The notes under the pieces: model-generated
The model's database searches: none
Seen by the model: only the letters and a program-made list of their open reading frames with translations
Told to the model about the DNA's origin: nothing
Source of the DNA: a virus
Virus record (IMG/VR): IMGVR_UViG_3300024518_004461
Location: 1-64,000 of that record
Length of the DNA stretch: 64,000 nucleotides
Strand: one strand, 5' to 3'
Position numbers and translations under genes: made by a program
Shown here: in pieces, positions 18,087-25,811 of the stretch
Numbering within the stretch: the stretch's first letter is position 1
Layout: each line of letters begins with the position of its first letter

Positions 18087-18350
18087 TTATACTTCTTCTA
18101 AGCGAAACCGCACTAGAACAAAGTTTCTTCCTGGGTTTTCATTGGAGTATTCTTCTAGTACGTCTTGGCCATCTTTATCATCATATCCACTCCATCCATC
18201 CTCTCCACGAGGCATCATCAATTTGCCGCGCTCTTTTTCCGCGACATAAACAATATCTTCTCTATCATATTGCACCGATTCCTCGTTTAAGTTAATACCA
18301 GAGATTTCCTCTTTGATGATCTGTTTGAGTTTTGATTTGGTAAGTTTCAT
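18087..18350 (-). CDS. leader-bearing putative internal head protein
   Basis: Starts MKLTKSKLKQIIKEEI; RBS AGGAGAAACAA. Confidence 0.72.
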   Translation of the reverse strand: MKLTKSKLKQIIKEEISGINLNEESVQYDREDIVYVAEKERGKLMMPRGEDGWSGYDDKDGQDVLEEYSNENPGRNFVLVRFRLEEV

Positions 18351-18362
18351 TTGTTTCTCCTG

Positions 18363-19274
18363 TTAAAGCGAAAGTTTCTCCAATAAATAGTTGTCTAAAG
18401 AAACAAAAGTGGAAGTTTTCTTGCGAGCTTGGAATGTTTCCTTATCCATCTCTCCAATGTCTCCAAACCCCGAAGTATCAATCCTGTAAACATCCACGCC
18501 ATATGACATAAATAGTTTGCTTATTTTATATTCTTTTGCGCGGGCATCATCATCCAGGGCAATATATATCTTATCGCAGTTATCCACAATCTTTTGAAAA
18601 CTATAGCTATTTTCTCGTAGTGTAGAGCCAAGCAGGGGAATAGCGTTGGTTGCTTTTATTGCGTCGAACACACCTTCCACAATTGTGATGTCTTTATCCC
18701 AATCAAGATACAGTTCGTTAAAGATGAAATCGCGTTCTGCTGGTGGGTTTTTATATTTCATCCAGTCGTCGCTATATCCTCTAGCGATAAAATAATTAAT
18801 GTTTCCATCAAGATCAAACGAAGGCACGATCACTCTTTTAGCATACTGCCCGTCAGGGCAATAACCAATCTTCCACCACAAAATATCTTCGCGGTCAATA
18901 CCTCGGGTCTTTAAATAATTTCTGGCTGGCAAAGAAAGTGGAGTGAGTTTCTTTTTGGTTAAAGAAATAAATTCTTCTGGAAGTGTGACGATGATCTTTT
19001 CTTCTTCCGGTTTTTCCAGATCGGACATGTCAACAATGCCGCAAAGTGTTTTCCACTCAGAACGGTTTTTTGGTTTTCCATAAGATGAAACAAGATGCGA
19101 AATCCTGCGACCGTTATAGTCGCAGACCCAACACTTGAAAACATTCTTGTCAAAATTTATCGAAAACTTTGGTTTGTGGTGTTTGCACTTGGGGCAATAA
19201 AAAAGAAACTCATCTTTTGATTTGGAATAAGATCCAAGGAAATCTTCAATTATTCTAACTTTTCTTTCAGACAT
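18363..19274 (-). CDS. DNA primase (Zn ribbon plus TOPRIM)
   Basis: CPKC...CWVC, IVEGVFDA, IALDDDA. Confidence 0.9.
   Translation of the reverse strand: MSERKVRIIEDFLGSYSKSKDEFLFYCPKCKHHKPKFSINFDKNVFKCWVCDYNGRRISHLVSSYGKPKNRSEWKTLCGIVDMSDLEKPEEEKIIVTLPEEFISLTKKKLTPLSLPARNYLKTRGIDREDILWWKIGYCPDGQYAKRVIVPSFDLDGNINYFIARGYSDDWMKYKNPPAERDFIFNELYLDWDKDITIVEGVFDAIKATNAIPLLGSTLRENSYSFQKIVDNCDKIYIALDDDARAKEYKISKLFMSYGVDVYRIDTSGFGDIGEMDKETFQARKKTSTFVSLDNYLLEKLSL
18384..18391 (-). promoter_or_regulatory. putative late promoter ACTATTTA inside the primase 3' end
   Basis: 33 nt upstream of the ATG at 18350. Confidence 0.55.
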
Positions 19275-19783
19275 TCAAAACCCGCTCTCGCAATTATTAA
19301 GGAATCAGCCTGGTCATAACAATATGGCTTTGGCTTACCCGTTCTTCCATACTCTACAGTAAAGTGGGGTTCGTTGTCAATAAGAAAATTCATAACCTGC
19401 TCTTTTGCCTTGGTTCCTCTTTTAATAGTAATTCCGCATTTCTTTCTTGCGGAGATGGCAGGGATGTATTCTGGGATTATATCAAATGCCTCATAGCATA
19501 ACCAAGACACAATACCGTTGAACTTTGATAAAGTTGCGATTGTGTGAGAAGATGACTTTCCCATCATAAACATATTAAGCGCGGGCTCAATAAAAATATT
19601 CTCAAATGGATAAGAGTCTTTTAGTTTATTTAATTTATCTTTTATGTGGAGGGCTTTGGAAAAGAGATCGGTGAAGTGATTTTTATTTCTTGTATCCCAG
19701 TGTCCGATCTCTGCTATTTGTCCGTTATTCAAAAGAACAGTATATCCCGTAATGCTGGTGGATATATCAAGTCCTAAAATCAT
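19250..19783 (-). CDS. RuvC-like Holliday junction resolvase
   Basis: MILGLDISTSITG, IFIE and DQADS acidic RNase H-fold motifs. Confidence 0.85.
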   Translation of the reverse strand: MILGLDISTSITGYTVLLNNGQIAEIGHWDTRNKNHFTDLFSKALHIKDKLNKLKDSYPFENIFIEPALNMFMMGKSSSHTIATLSKFNGIVSWLCYEAFDIIPEYIPAISARKKCGITIKRGTKAKEQVMNFLIDNEPHFTVEYGRTGKPKPYCYDQADSLIIARAGFECLKEKLE

Positions 19784-19789
19784 AATTCT

Positions 19790-19795
19790 ATTATA
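19790..19795 (-). promoter_or_regulatory. -10 box TATAAT, putative leaderless promoter
   Basis: TATAAT-AGAATT-ATG; no SD; weak -35. Confidence 0.45.
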
Positions 19796-20989
19796 CTAGA
19801 AGTCGAGCTTAAGTTTAAATGTGAAGTCGTCTATTTCTCTTTTGCGGACTGGGTTTGCTAATTTAGCAACGCCAATGAGATTTCGTTTTTGATCGTAGAT
19901 TCCGATCTTACTAATATAAGTTGTCTTCTCGAAAGATGCGGTGGGTTCTGCCCAAGTGCCTGAAGTAATATTTGCGATTGGAACAGTTTGCCTTTGTTGA
20001 TAGGCTAAAGTTCCCGAAGAAACTTCATAAGATGAACTTCCATATTTAAGATAGGTTGGGTTATTAGAATAATTTAGTTGGCCGCGAGCAGCATGAGCAA
20101 ACATTGTTTTTACAGGAACATATTGTGTGCCCTTGAAATCCAATCCAAAACTTGCACTCTGAAGAACACTCGCTCCTCCACAATCCGAATCGCACATTGG
20201 GCTAGTTTGAGGAATATCAATCCAGCGAGGGTTAGTGGCGGGATCTGGAGAACAATCAACCCAGTGAGCCATATTAGTATTAATATTCCAACTACCAGTT
20301 AGAATCAGGAACCCTTCATTATATAAAGCAACGCCAGCTACAGAACCACTATTTGCATCGGCTGGATATTTTTGTATCAATTCCCCGTTGCGTAAGTCAT
20401 CAACTAATTCTGCCGCCAAAGTTCCAGTCCAATACATCTTAAGAGAGATGCTCCCCTTCTTGATCGACGAGCCATAAAAAATAGAAGGAATAGAAACAAT
20501 ACGCATTTCTTGTTGTAACTTATCACCCAACGACGAAGAATAAAGATAATGCGGACTGAGCGTGGCATAAGAATTGAGTGCAGTTCTCAATGATTGAATT
20601 TGTCTTTTTGGCTCTGATACAGATGGTGCGCTTGGGCCTGAATACCACGAAGAAGTTATGGTAGCAGATAATGGATATGAACCAGTAATGATGTCTCCAT
20701 AAGCAAAATCATTATTAAAATTTGTTGTAGAGATTGTGCTGAATGAAGTTAGACTTCCCGCTTTTGTAATGAACGGATAAATGAGTTGACTAGTTTGTCG
20801 GTCAACATTCATTTCATATAGGTTGGCATATCCCGTGGGAACACCTCCAACATTATCTACGAAAGCGCCGGGTACTTGTGGGGTGTTGTTTAAAAACGTC
20901 CGGCACCGATAGATAAAAAAGGATTGCTGTGGGTATGTTTTTATTTGGTTATGAAAAATATCATTGGGACCAAATTTATAAAACGACAT
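19796..20989 (-). CDS. baseplate/tail-fibre attachment structural protein
   Basis: C-terminus YISKIGIYDQKRNLIGVAKLANPVRK...FKLKLDF, paralogous to 21012..22082. Confidence 0.7.
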   Translation of the reverse strand: MSFYKFGPNDIFHNQIKTYPQQSFFIYRCRTFLNNTPQVPGAFVDNVGGVPTGYANLYEMNVDRQTSQLIYPFITKAGSLTSFSTISTTNFNNDFAYGDIITGSYPLSATITSSWYSGPSAPSVSEPKRQIQSLRTALNSYATLSPHYLYSSSLGDKLQQEMRIVSIPSIFYGSSIKKGSISLKMYWTGTLAAELVDDLRNGELIQKYPADANSGSVAGVALYNEGFLILTGSWNINTNMAHWVDCSPDPATNPRWIDIPQTSPMCDSDCGGASVLQSASFGLDFKGTQYVPVKTMFAHAARGQLNYSNNPTYLKYGSSSYEVSSGTLAYQQRQTVPIANITSGTWAEPTASFEKTTYISKIGIYDQKRNLIGVAKLANPVRKREIDDFTFKLKLDF

Positions 20990-20997
20990 ATCAAATG

Positions 20998-21005
20998 TAA
21001 ATAGT
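20998..21005 (-). promoter_or_regulatory. putative late promoter ACTATTTA
   Basis: In a 22-nt intergenic gap, 8 nt before the ATG at 20989. Confidence 0.6.
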
Positions 21006-21011
21006 CAGTCT

Positions 21012-22082
21012 CTAGTAATCTAATCTAACCCGCAAGGTCATTTCATTTGTCGGATCTTTCTTTAGAGGCTCCGATAATTTAGCGACTGCTAGCAATTCAT
21101 TATCCGCAGAATATAATCCAACCGTCGTCATATAAGAAACAGGAGCGTCAAGTGTATTATTCTTTACGACCATTTTGCTTGAAGCCAAATAAGTTGGATT
21201 AGAACTATAGTTGTAATCATTGTTGTTGACACGACAGAAATGAATTGTGGAGTTTAATTCTGTGGTGTTGTTATAATCATTATCATACCACCTATGGCGA
21301 ATAGCATTACAAGAGGCTGTGATTGCTGAACCCGTAAGCAGATCTGTTATTATATTTCCTGCTTGATCCATTAGAGCATCAAAGCCCAAAACAGGCGTCT
21401 GAAAGACCGAAGCAGTCAAGACAGCAATACCCGCTTGATAATAAACTAATCCTACCAATCCATTACCAGACGAGCCGGAATATGCACCACCCGTTGAGCA
21501 AGAAAGAATACCATACTCGCCCGCTGGTGAATTTACTTTATAGGAATTTTCAGCACCAGCATCCGTAATTGTAAGTCGTGAACTATTAGCTATGCTATAA
21601 GTTGTGGAACCACCCAACTGCAAAACAAACGAACCTTTTTTGATTTCGTCTTTTGTAAGCAAGCGAGCAAAGTTAATGAACAAGCATTCTTTATGTTTTG
21701 TTCCACCACCGTCGATATTACCATCTTGATCAAATTCAAGAATAGAGCCAGTGGCATCGTAACCCATAAGCACTTGAGCCATTTGGGTATACATGTTTAT
21801 TTTTTTAGCTTGTTGGACATTGGGAACCGCCGCAGATAAAGAAGACTTCGCAGAATAGCCCACAGTCAAATCAAAAATATTATTTGCTGAAGAACTTAGA
21901 TAAGGATAATCATACACGCTCTGAAACATTCCATGAGCATAGTTTTTGATGTTTCCTCCATTGGGAAAGACCGGAGTATATGTACCCGACATGATAGATC
22001 CCGTGATCGGAATCGCCTCGTGCAACATCGTGCGAGTGCTTACAATGTCGTTGTTTAGAAATGCTTTGTATGTTGTTGCCAT
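21012..22082 (-). CDS. baseplate/tail-fibre attachment structural protein
   Basis: C-terminus YMTTVGLYSADNELLAVAKLSEPLKK...VRLDY; NYSSNPTY shared with the paralog. Confidence 0.7.
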   Translation of the reverse strand: MATTYKAFLNNDIVSTRTMLHEAIPITGSIMSGTYTPVFPNGGNIKNYAHGMFQSVYDYPYLSSSANNIFDLTVGYSAKSSLSAAVPNVQQAKKINMYTQMAQVLMGYDATGSILEFDQDGNIDGGGTKHKECLFINFARLLTKDEIKKGSFVLQLGGSTTYSIANSSRLTITDAGAENSYKVNSPAGEYGILSCSTGGAYSGSSGNGLVGLVYYQAGIAVLTASVFQTPVLGFDALMDQAGNIITDLLTGSAITASCNAIRHRWYDNDYNNTTELNSTIHFCRVNNNDYNYSSNPTYLASSKMVVKNNTLDAPVSYMTTVGLYSADNELLAVAKLSEPLKKDPTNEMTLRVRLDY

Positions 22083-22095
22083 TTATATTATCCTT

Positions 22096-23052
22096 TTATA
22101 CCTTTGCGAACCTTACTGGAATATCAATTCTATATCCCGTTGTTTGTCCCGTCACCTTCACAATGGAATCAATGTAGTTACAGGAGGAACCAAAATTATT
22201 TACAATTCCCGTAGCGATTGTGCTTCCTAATTGACTAAAGAGAAATGTGCTGGTTTGTAACTCAATGGACGCTTGAATTTTAAATTGTATCCTTGTTCCT
22301 CTCGGTCCTCGAATTGGGGTTACGCTTGGGATACTAGCTTCTTGTTGTTGATCCCCAGTCACTTCAATTCCATTTACATAAGCGGCATCAGTTCCTAAAG
22401 AAAAATAATAACTTGCGATGTTGTCGTCGTCAATGAACGAAACTGCGGCGGGTGCTGCCGTTGAATCTGGTGCGACGATAGAACCAAGACGATTATCAAT
22501 CTGGACAATATATCCAGTCTCAACTAAATCTGAATCTAAATTAAACTGTGGAGAAATTTCCGTTGTGTTGAGTCCTTGATCTACACGGATGCTTCCAGGC
22601 TCATTACCCGGACTTGCGCCGTTAAGAAGACCAGCGTTATTACTTCCGAACAATCCCGTAGGTTGGGATTTTACAGAGTCAGTGTCTACTGCTACAACAT
22701 AAGATCCGCTTGTTGCTGGTGAGTACATTCGTTTAGAGCCGTCAACTCCATCAGCTAACATCAGCACCGGAAGATACAAGAGATTTGTTCTGGGAATAGA
22801 AATAAGTCTTGATTTCATAGAAGACGCATTATTTGTAAAGGCCTCCAACACTGGGGTTTGCAAAATCTCTAAATCATAATACGCAGATCCGCTTGGATTG
22901 TTTTTATCATAAAGACCATAATTGATCTCGTCATCGCCAATCGAAAATTTTACAATTTTGAACGAGCCATCGCCCTTTGCAAGTCGATATCTACCTGTGT
23001 CCGTAAGCACCGCATCTAATATGATGTCTCCTGAATTATCTAAAAATGCCAT
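22096..23052 (-). CDS. baseplate structural protein
   Basis: N-terminus IILDAVLTDTGRYRLAKG...KFSIGDDEINY resembles the tail-collar/fibre N-terminal motif. Confidence 0.65.
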   Translation of the reverse strand: MAFLDNSGDIILDAVLTDTGRYRLAKGDGSFKIVKFSIGDDEINYGLYDKNNPSGSAYYDLEILQTPVLEAFTNNASSMKSRLISIPRTNLLYLPVLMLADGVDGSKRMYSPATSGSYVVAVDTDSVKSQPTGLFGSNNAGLLNGASPGNEPGSIRVDQGLNTTEISPQFNLDSDLVETGYIVQIDNRLGSIVAPDSTAAPAAVSFIDDDNIASYYFSLGTDAAYVNGIEVTGDQQQEASIPSVTPIRGPRGTRIQFKIQASIELQTSTFLFSQLGSTIATGIVNNFGSSCNYIDSIVKVTGQTTGYRIDIPVRFAKV

Positions 23053-23073
23053 AAATTTCTCCTATTCTCCTAA

Positions 23074-23081
23074 TAAATAGT
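23074..23081 (-). promoter_or_regulatory. putative late promoter ACTATTTA followed by a tandem SD (AGGAGAATAGGAGAA)
   Basis: Intergenic, 21 nt upstream of the ATG at 23052. Confidence 0.6.
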
Positions 23082-23108
23082 TTGTTTGTTTACTATTCAT
23101 CTTCTTTT

Positions 23109-25382
23109 TTATGTTGTAGAGTCTCCACCTTCGGTGTCGCCCCTATGCTTAAATTCTAAATTAATATCTATTTTTCTTCCAGTCTTTTTTGAAACCAAAC
23201 GAACTTTGTATTTTTGATCCCAGACCCCCTCATTCATTACACCAATTGGCAAACTATTAAACGAATCATTAATTTGAGGACTTATCCTCGGTCCACCGTT
23301 AAATAGTTGTTCTTCGTTTAATAAAGTTTGTGGCAAAGAAGGAATAAGCTGAATGTATTTTCTCATACTTTTTGTTCTTCTTTTAGTAAAAAATCCAGGT
23401 GGTCGAAGTTGAATCACTTCTATCAATGGATATACCGCACCAGAATCATCAACCATTTTGAATTGATAAATTGGCGAAGGGTTGGATACATGCCCATGAT
23501 TATCCACTACGCGCAAAGTATAATAATAAGTAACGTTGGGTAATATGTTATCAACGAACGCTGCGGAAGGAAGAAAATAATTCTTATCCTTCTGGAATGC
23601 TGTATCAACTGTAGCAATCATATTTCCATCAAAATCATTATAAGATGCCGGGGATCTCTCTAGCCTAAAGACCTGAAACGTAGTAGACTTATCATCAGTT
23701 TTATATTCCACTGGTCCGGTGGGGCGCTTTTGTGCTTCCCGAATGGCTGCAATCAAGGCTTCATCTTCGCCGGTTATTGAAACAGGATCTAATTCATAGA
23801 AACCCACATTACTATTCATACTAAGCAGTACCTTGTCTTTTACGCCACGATAGGGCACAATGTCTACATCAGGAAAAACTGGTGGACGATCAAGAACCCG
23901 GTTTGTCATGCTGTTTAGAGGTACTTTGAATATCTTAAATGAAACATTGTTTTCTATTTCTATTTCTGCCGAATTTGCATCTATAGATTGTGTGTTGTTG
24001 AGATACTTGTATTTGTTTCCCATCACCATTTGATATGCATGGACCACATATGTATATTGCTTATTATATTTTACTTGAGTGTCTACAAATTTTAAAACAT
24101 CAATATCGTTAGAGTTTATAAAATAAAAACTTTGTATGGCATTATCTTCAACGGGTTGATCGCCTTCATATTTTTTTACTTCATAAAATACTGTCTCCGA
24201 TGGAGAGAGTGCGCTACTGAAGATCTCGTTCATGGTGCGAAAAGACTCTTTAGATAATTGAAGCAACTTAGAATATAAAAGTGTTGACATCAGTGTTCTA
24301 TATAATTTGTTCTTGGAATTATTGGAGACACTATTGTCTTTGCTTTGCTGACCTCCCATAAAGATCATATTGTCGTTCCCAATTTTTCGCTGTAAGACTA
24401 CATTACTTTCGTTCCCCCTGAGTGATGTAATCCAATTTGTAATATCCCACGACTCAAAAAAGTTTTGGACGGTTTCCGTATCGTCGGCGGAACCAACGGC
24501 TGAATTTATAATAGTATCAGTCTTTGCTGTACCAAACAGGACACTATCCGTTTCAATGATGTACTTGATTAAATCACCACCAAGACCACACTCCGAAAGT
24601 ATTTGCGCCATTTCAGTAAATTGATCAGTTTGAAATACGATCTCAGCATACATCGGAAATAAATTCTTATAACCATTATAGTCCTTCATCATTTGTATTC
24701 CGGCTTGTGGAAAGACAATATTTTTATATTGATTACTAAGCACTTCTAGATCGGCTGGTAGCGGACTGATAACGGGTGGGTTAGAAATCGCCCTAACATA
24801 TTTATCAAAATATTCACCTGAATCCGATTCACCAATTTTCTCTCCCGTCTTATCACTAACAATATCAACAAACACATCCTTCACTCTGCCGTTTAGTGTT
24901 AGTTGTTTTGCGTATAAGGTTCCAGGTGTGCCGTTGGTGGCGTCTAAGTTTTCCTCTTGTATCTCCGAACCAAATACATATAAATTTGGCAAAAGAGTTT
25001 CCGGTATTGATCTGGACGTAGATCTCTCGTATCCGTTTATAAAGAAATTGTATTCAAAATTATAATTGATAAACGGGGGCTTGTTTACTAATGCTTGCTT
25101 ATCAATTCCCAAAGCTTCGTCATCAACTAGCATTTCTACCTGAAAGGCATAATCTGTGAAATATCCCCTTTGAGCTGAAGTATTAAAAATTCCTTCGTGA
25201 TATTGGCTCCACCTTACCGGATTAAATTCTCCGCTGGTGTCGGTTGTTGAGGGTGGTGCTGGGTTAGGTGGCGTAGGTATTGAAGGCTGTGCTGGGGTCG
25301 ATCTCATTCCGGTGCGATTTTGAGTTTGATTTCCTCCAATGGGGCTAGTTAGTGGATTTAAATTATTATATGAAAACGACAT
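23109..25382 (-). CDS. structural protein with Ig/FN3-like segments
   Basis: FVDTQVKYNKQYTYVVHA and FVDNILPNVTYYYTLRVVDNHGHVSNPS are FN3-type motifs. Confidence 0.65.
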   Translation of the reverse strand: MSFSYNNLNPLTSPIGGNQTQNRTGMRSTPAQPSIPTPPNPAPPSTTDTSGEFNPVRWSQYHEGIFNTSAQRGYFTDYAFQVEMLVDDEALGIDKQALVNKPPFINYNFEYNFFINGYERSTSRSIPETLLPNLYVFGSEIQEENLDATNGTPGTLYAKQLTLNGRVKDVFVDIVSDKTGEKIGESDSGEYFDKYVRAISNPPVISPLPADLEVLSNQYKNIVFPQAGIQMMKDYNGYKNLFPMYAEIVFQTDQFTEMAQILSECGLGGDLIKYIIETDSVLFGTAKTDTIINSAVGSADDTETVQNFFESWDITNWITSLRGNESNVVLQRKIGNDNMIFMGGQQSKDNSVSNNSKNKLYRTLMSTLLYSKLLQLSKESFRTMNEIFSSALSPSETVFYEVKKYEGDQPVEDNAIQSFYFINSNDIDVLKFVDTQVKYNKQYTYVVHAYQMVMGNKYKYLNNTQSIDANSAEIEIENNVSFKIFKVPLNSMTNRVLDRPPVFPDVDIVPYRGVKDKVLLSMNSNVGFYELDPVSITGEDEALIAAIREAQKRPTGPVEYKTDDKSTTFQVFRLERSPASYNDFDGNMIATVDTAFQKDKNYFLPSAAFVDNILPNVTYYYTLRVVDNHGHVSNPSPIYQFKMVDDSGAVYPLIEVIQLRPPGFFTKRRTKSMRKYIQLIPSLPQTLLNEEQLFNGGPRISPQINDSFNSLPIGVMNEGVWDQKYKVRLVSKKTGRKIDINLEFKHRGDTEGGDSTT

Positions 25383-25385
25383 TTT

Positions 25386-25811
25386 TTAAAACCCAAACCT
25401 TTCTATAATATCTGAACCCACAGTTCCGCCCGAGCCTGTCACAAGATTTCCCTGTGCTGCTTCTTGCTCAAGTTGAGACTGTATTACCTCTACTCGCTCT
25501 GTTACGTCTACGCGAGGTGTTGATGTAGAAAAGCCAGATTTCCAGCGATCCGAAGAAGTGTTTGGGCTAAAAGTTATTTTCTCGATTCGAGAAGTTGAAC
25601 TTATTGTTTGCACGGTGGCGAGAGTTACTTGACTATAGGCATCTTCATTTGCTGGAATACCTGCCCCAATAAATCTGCCATGATTCCAGTAAACGTTCAA
25701 TCCACTTCTTATTGTGTCTGGGATGGGTACAAAACTATCATCATCTAGAGATGCGTTTATGTTAAGTCCATTGATAAAACTAATAAAAGAATATGCGCTT
25801 ATGCTTGTCAT
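25386..25811 (-). CDS. hypothetical protein
   Basis: 141-aa ORF, ATGA overlap with the upstream gene. Confidence 0.55.
   Translation of the reverse strand: MTSISAYSFISFINGLNINASLDDDSFVPIPDTIRSGLNVYWNHGRFIGAGIPANEDAYSQVTLATVQTISSTSRIEKITFSPNTSSDRWKSGFSTSTPRVDVTERVEVIQSQLEQEAAQGNLVTGSGGTVGSDIIERFGF

Larger units (their letters stand above)
17998..18393 (-). repeat. direct repeat of promoter, RBS and leader (17998-18085 and 18306-18393)
   Basis: The 43 nt upstream of each ATG are 38/43 identical; the first 15 aa are identical with synonymous changes; period 308 nt. Confidence 0.9.

Noticed and set aside
12658-18393. Leader repeats as a CRISPR array or DGR template/variable repeats
   Set aside because: The copies are coding, irregularly spaced and differ at synonymous sites rather than specifically at adenines; no cas or reverse transcriptase gene is in the window.
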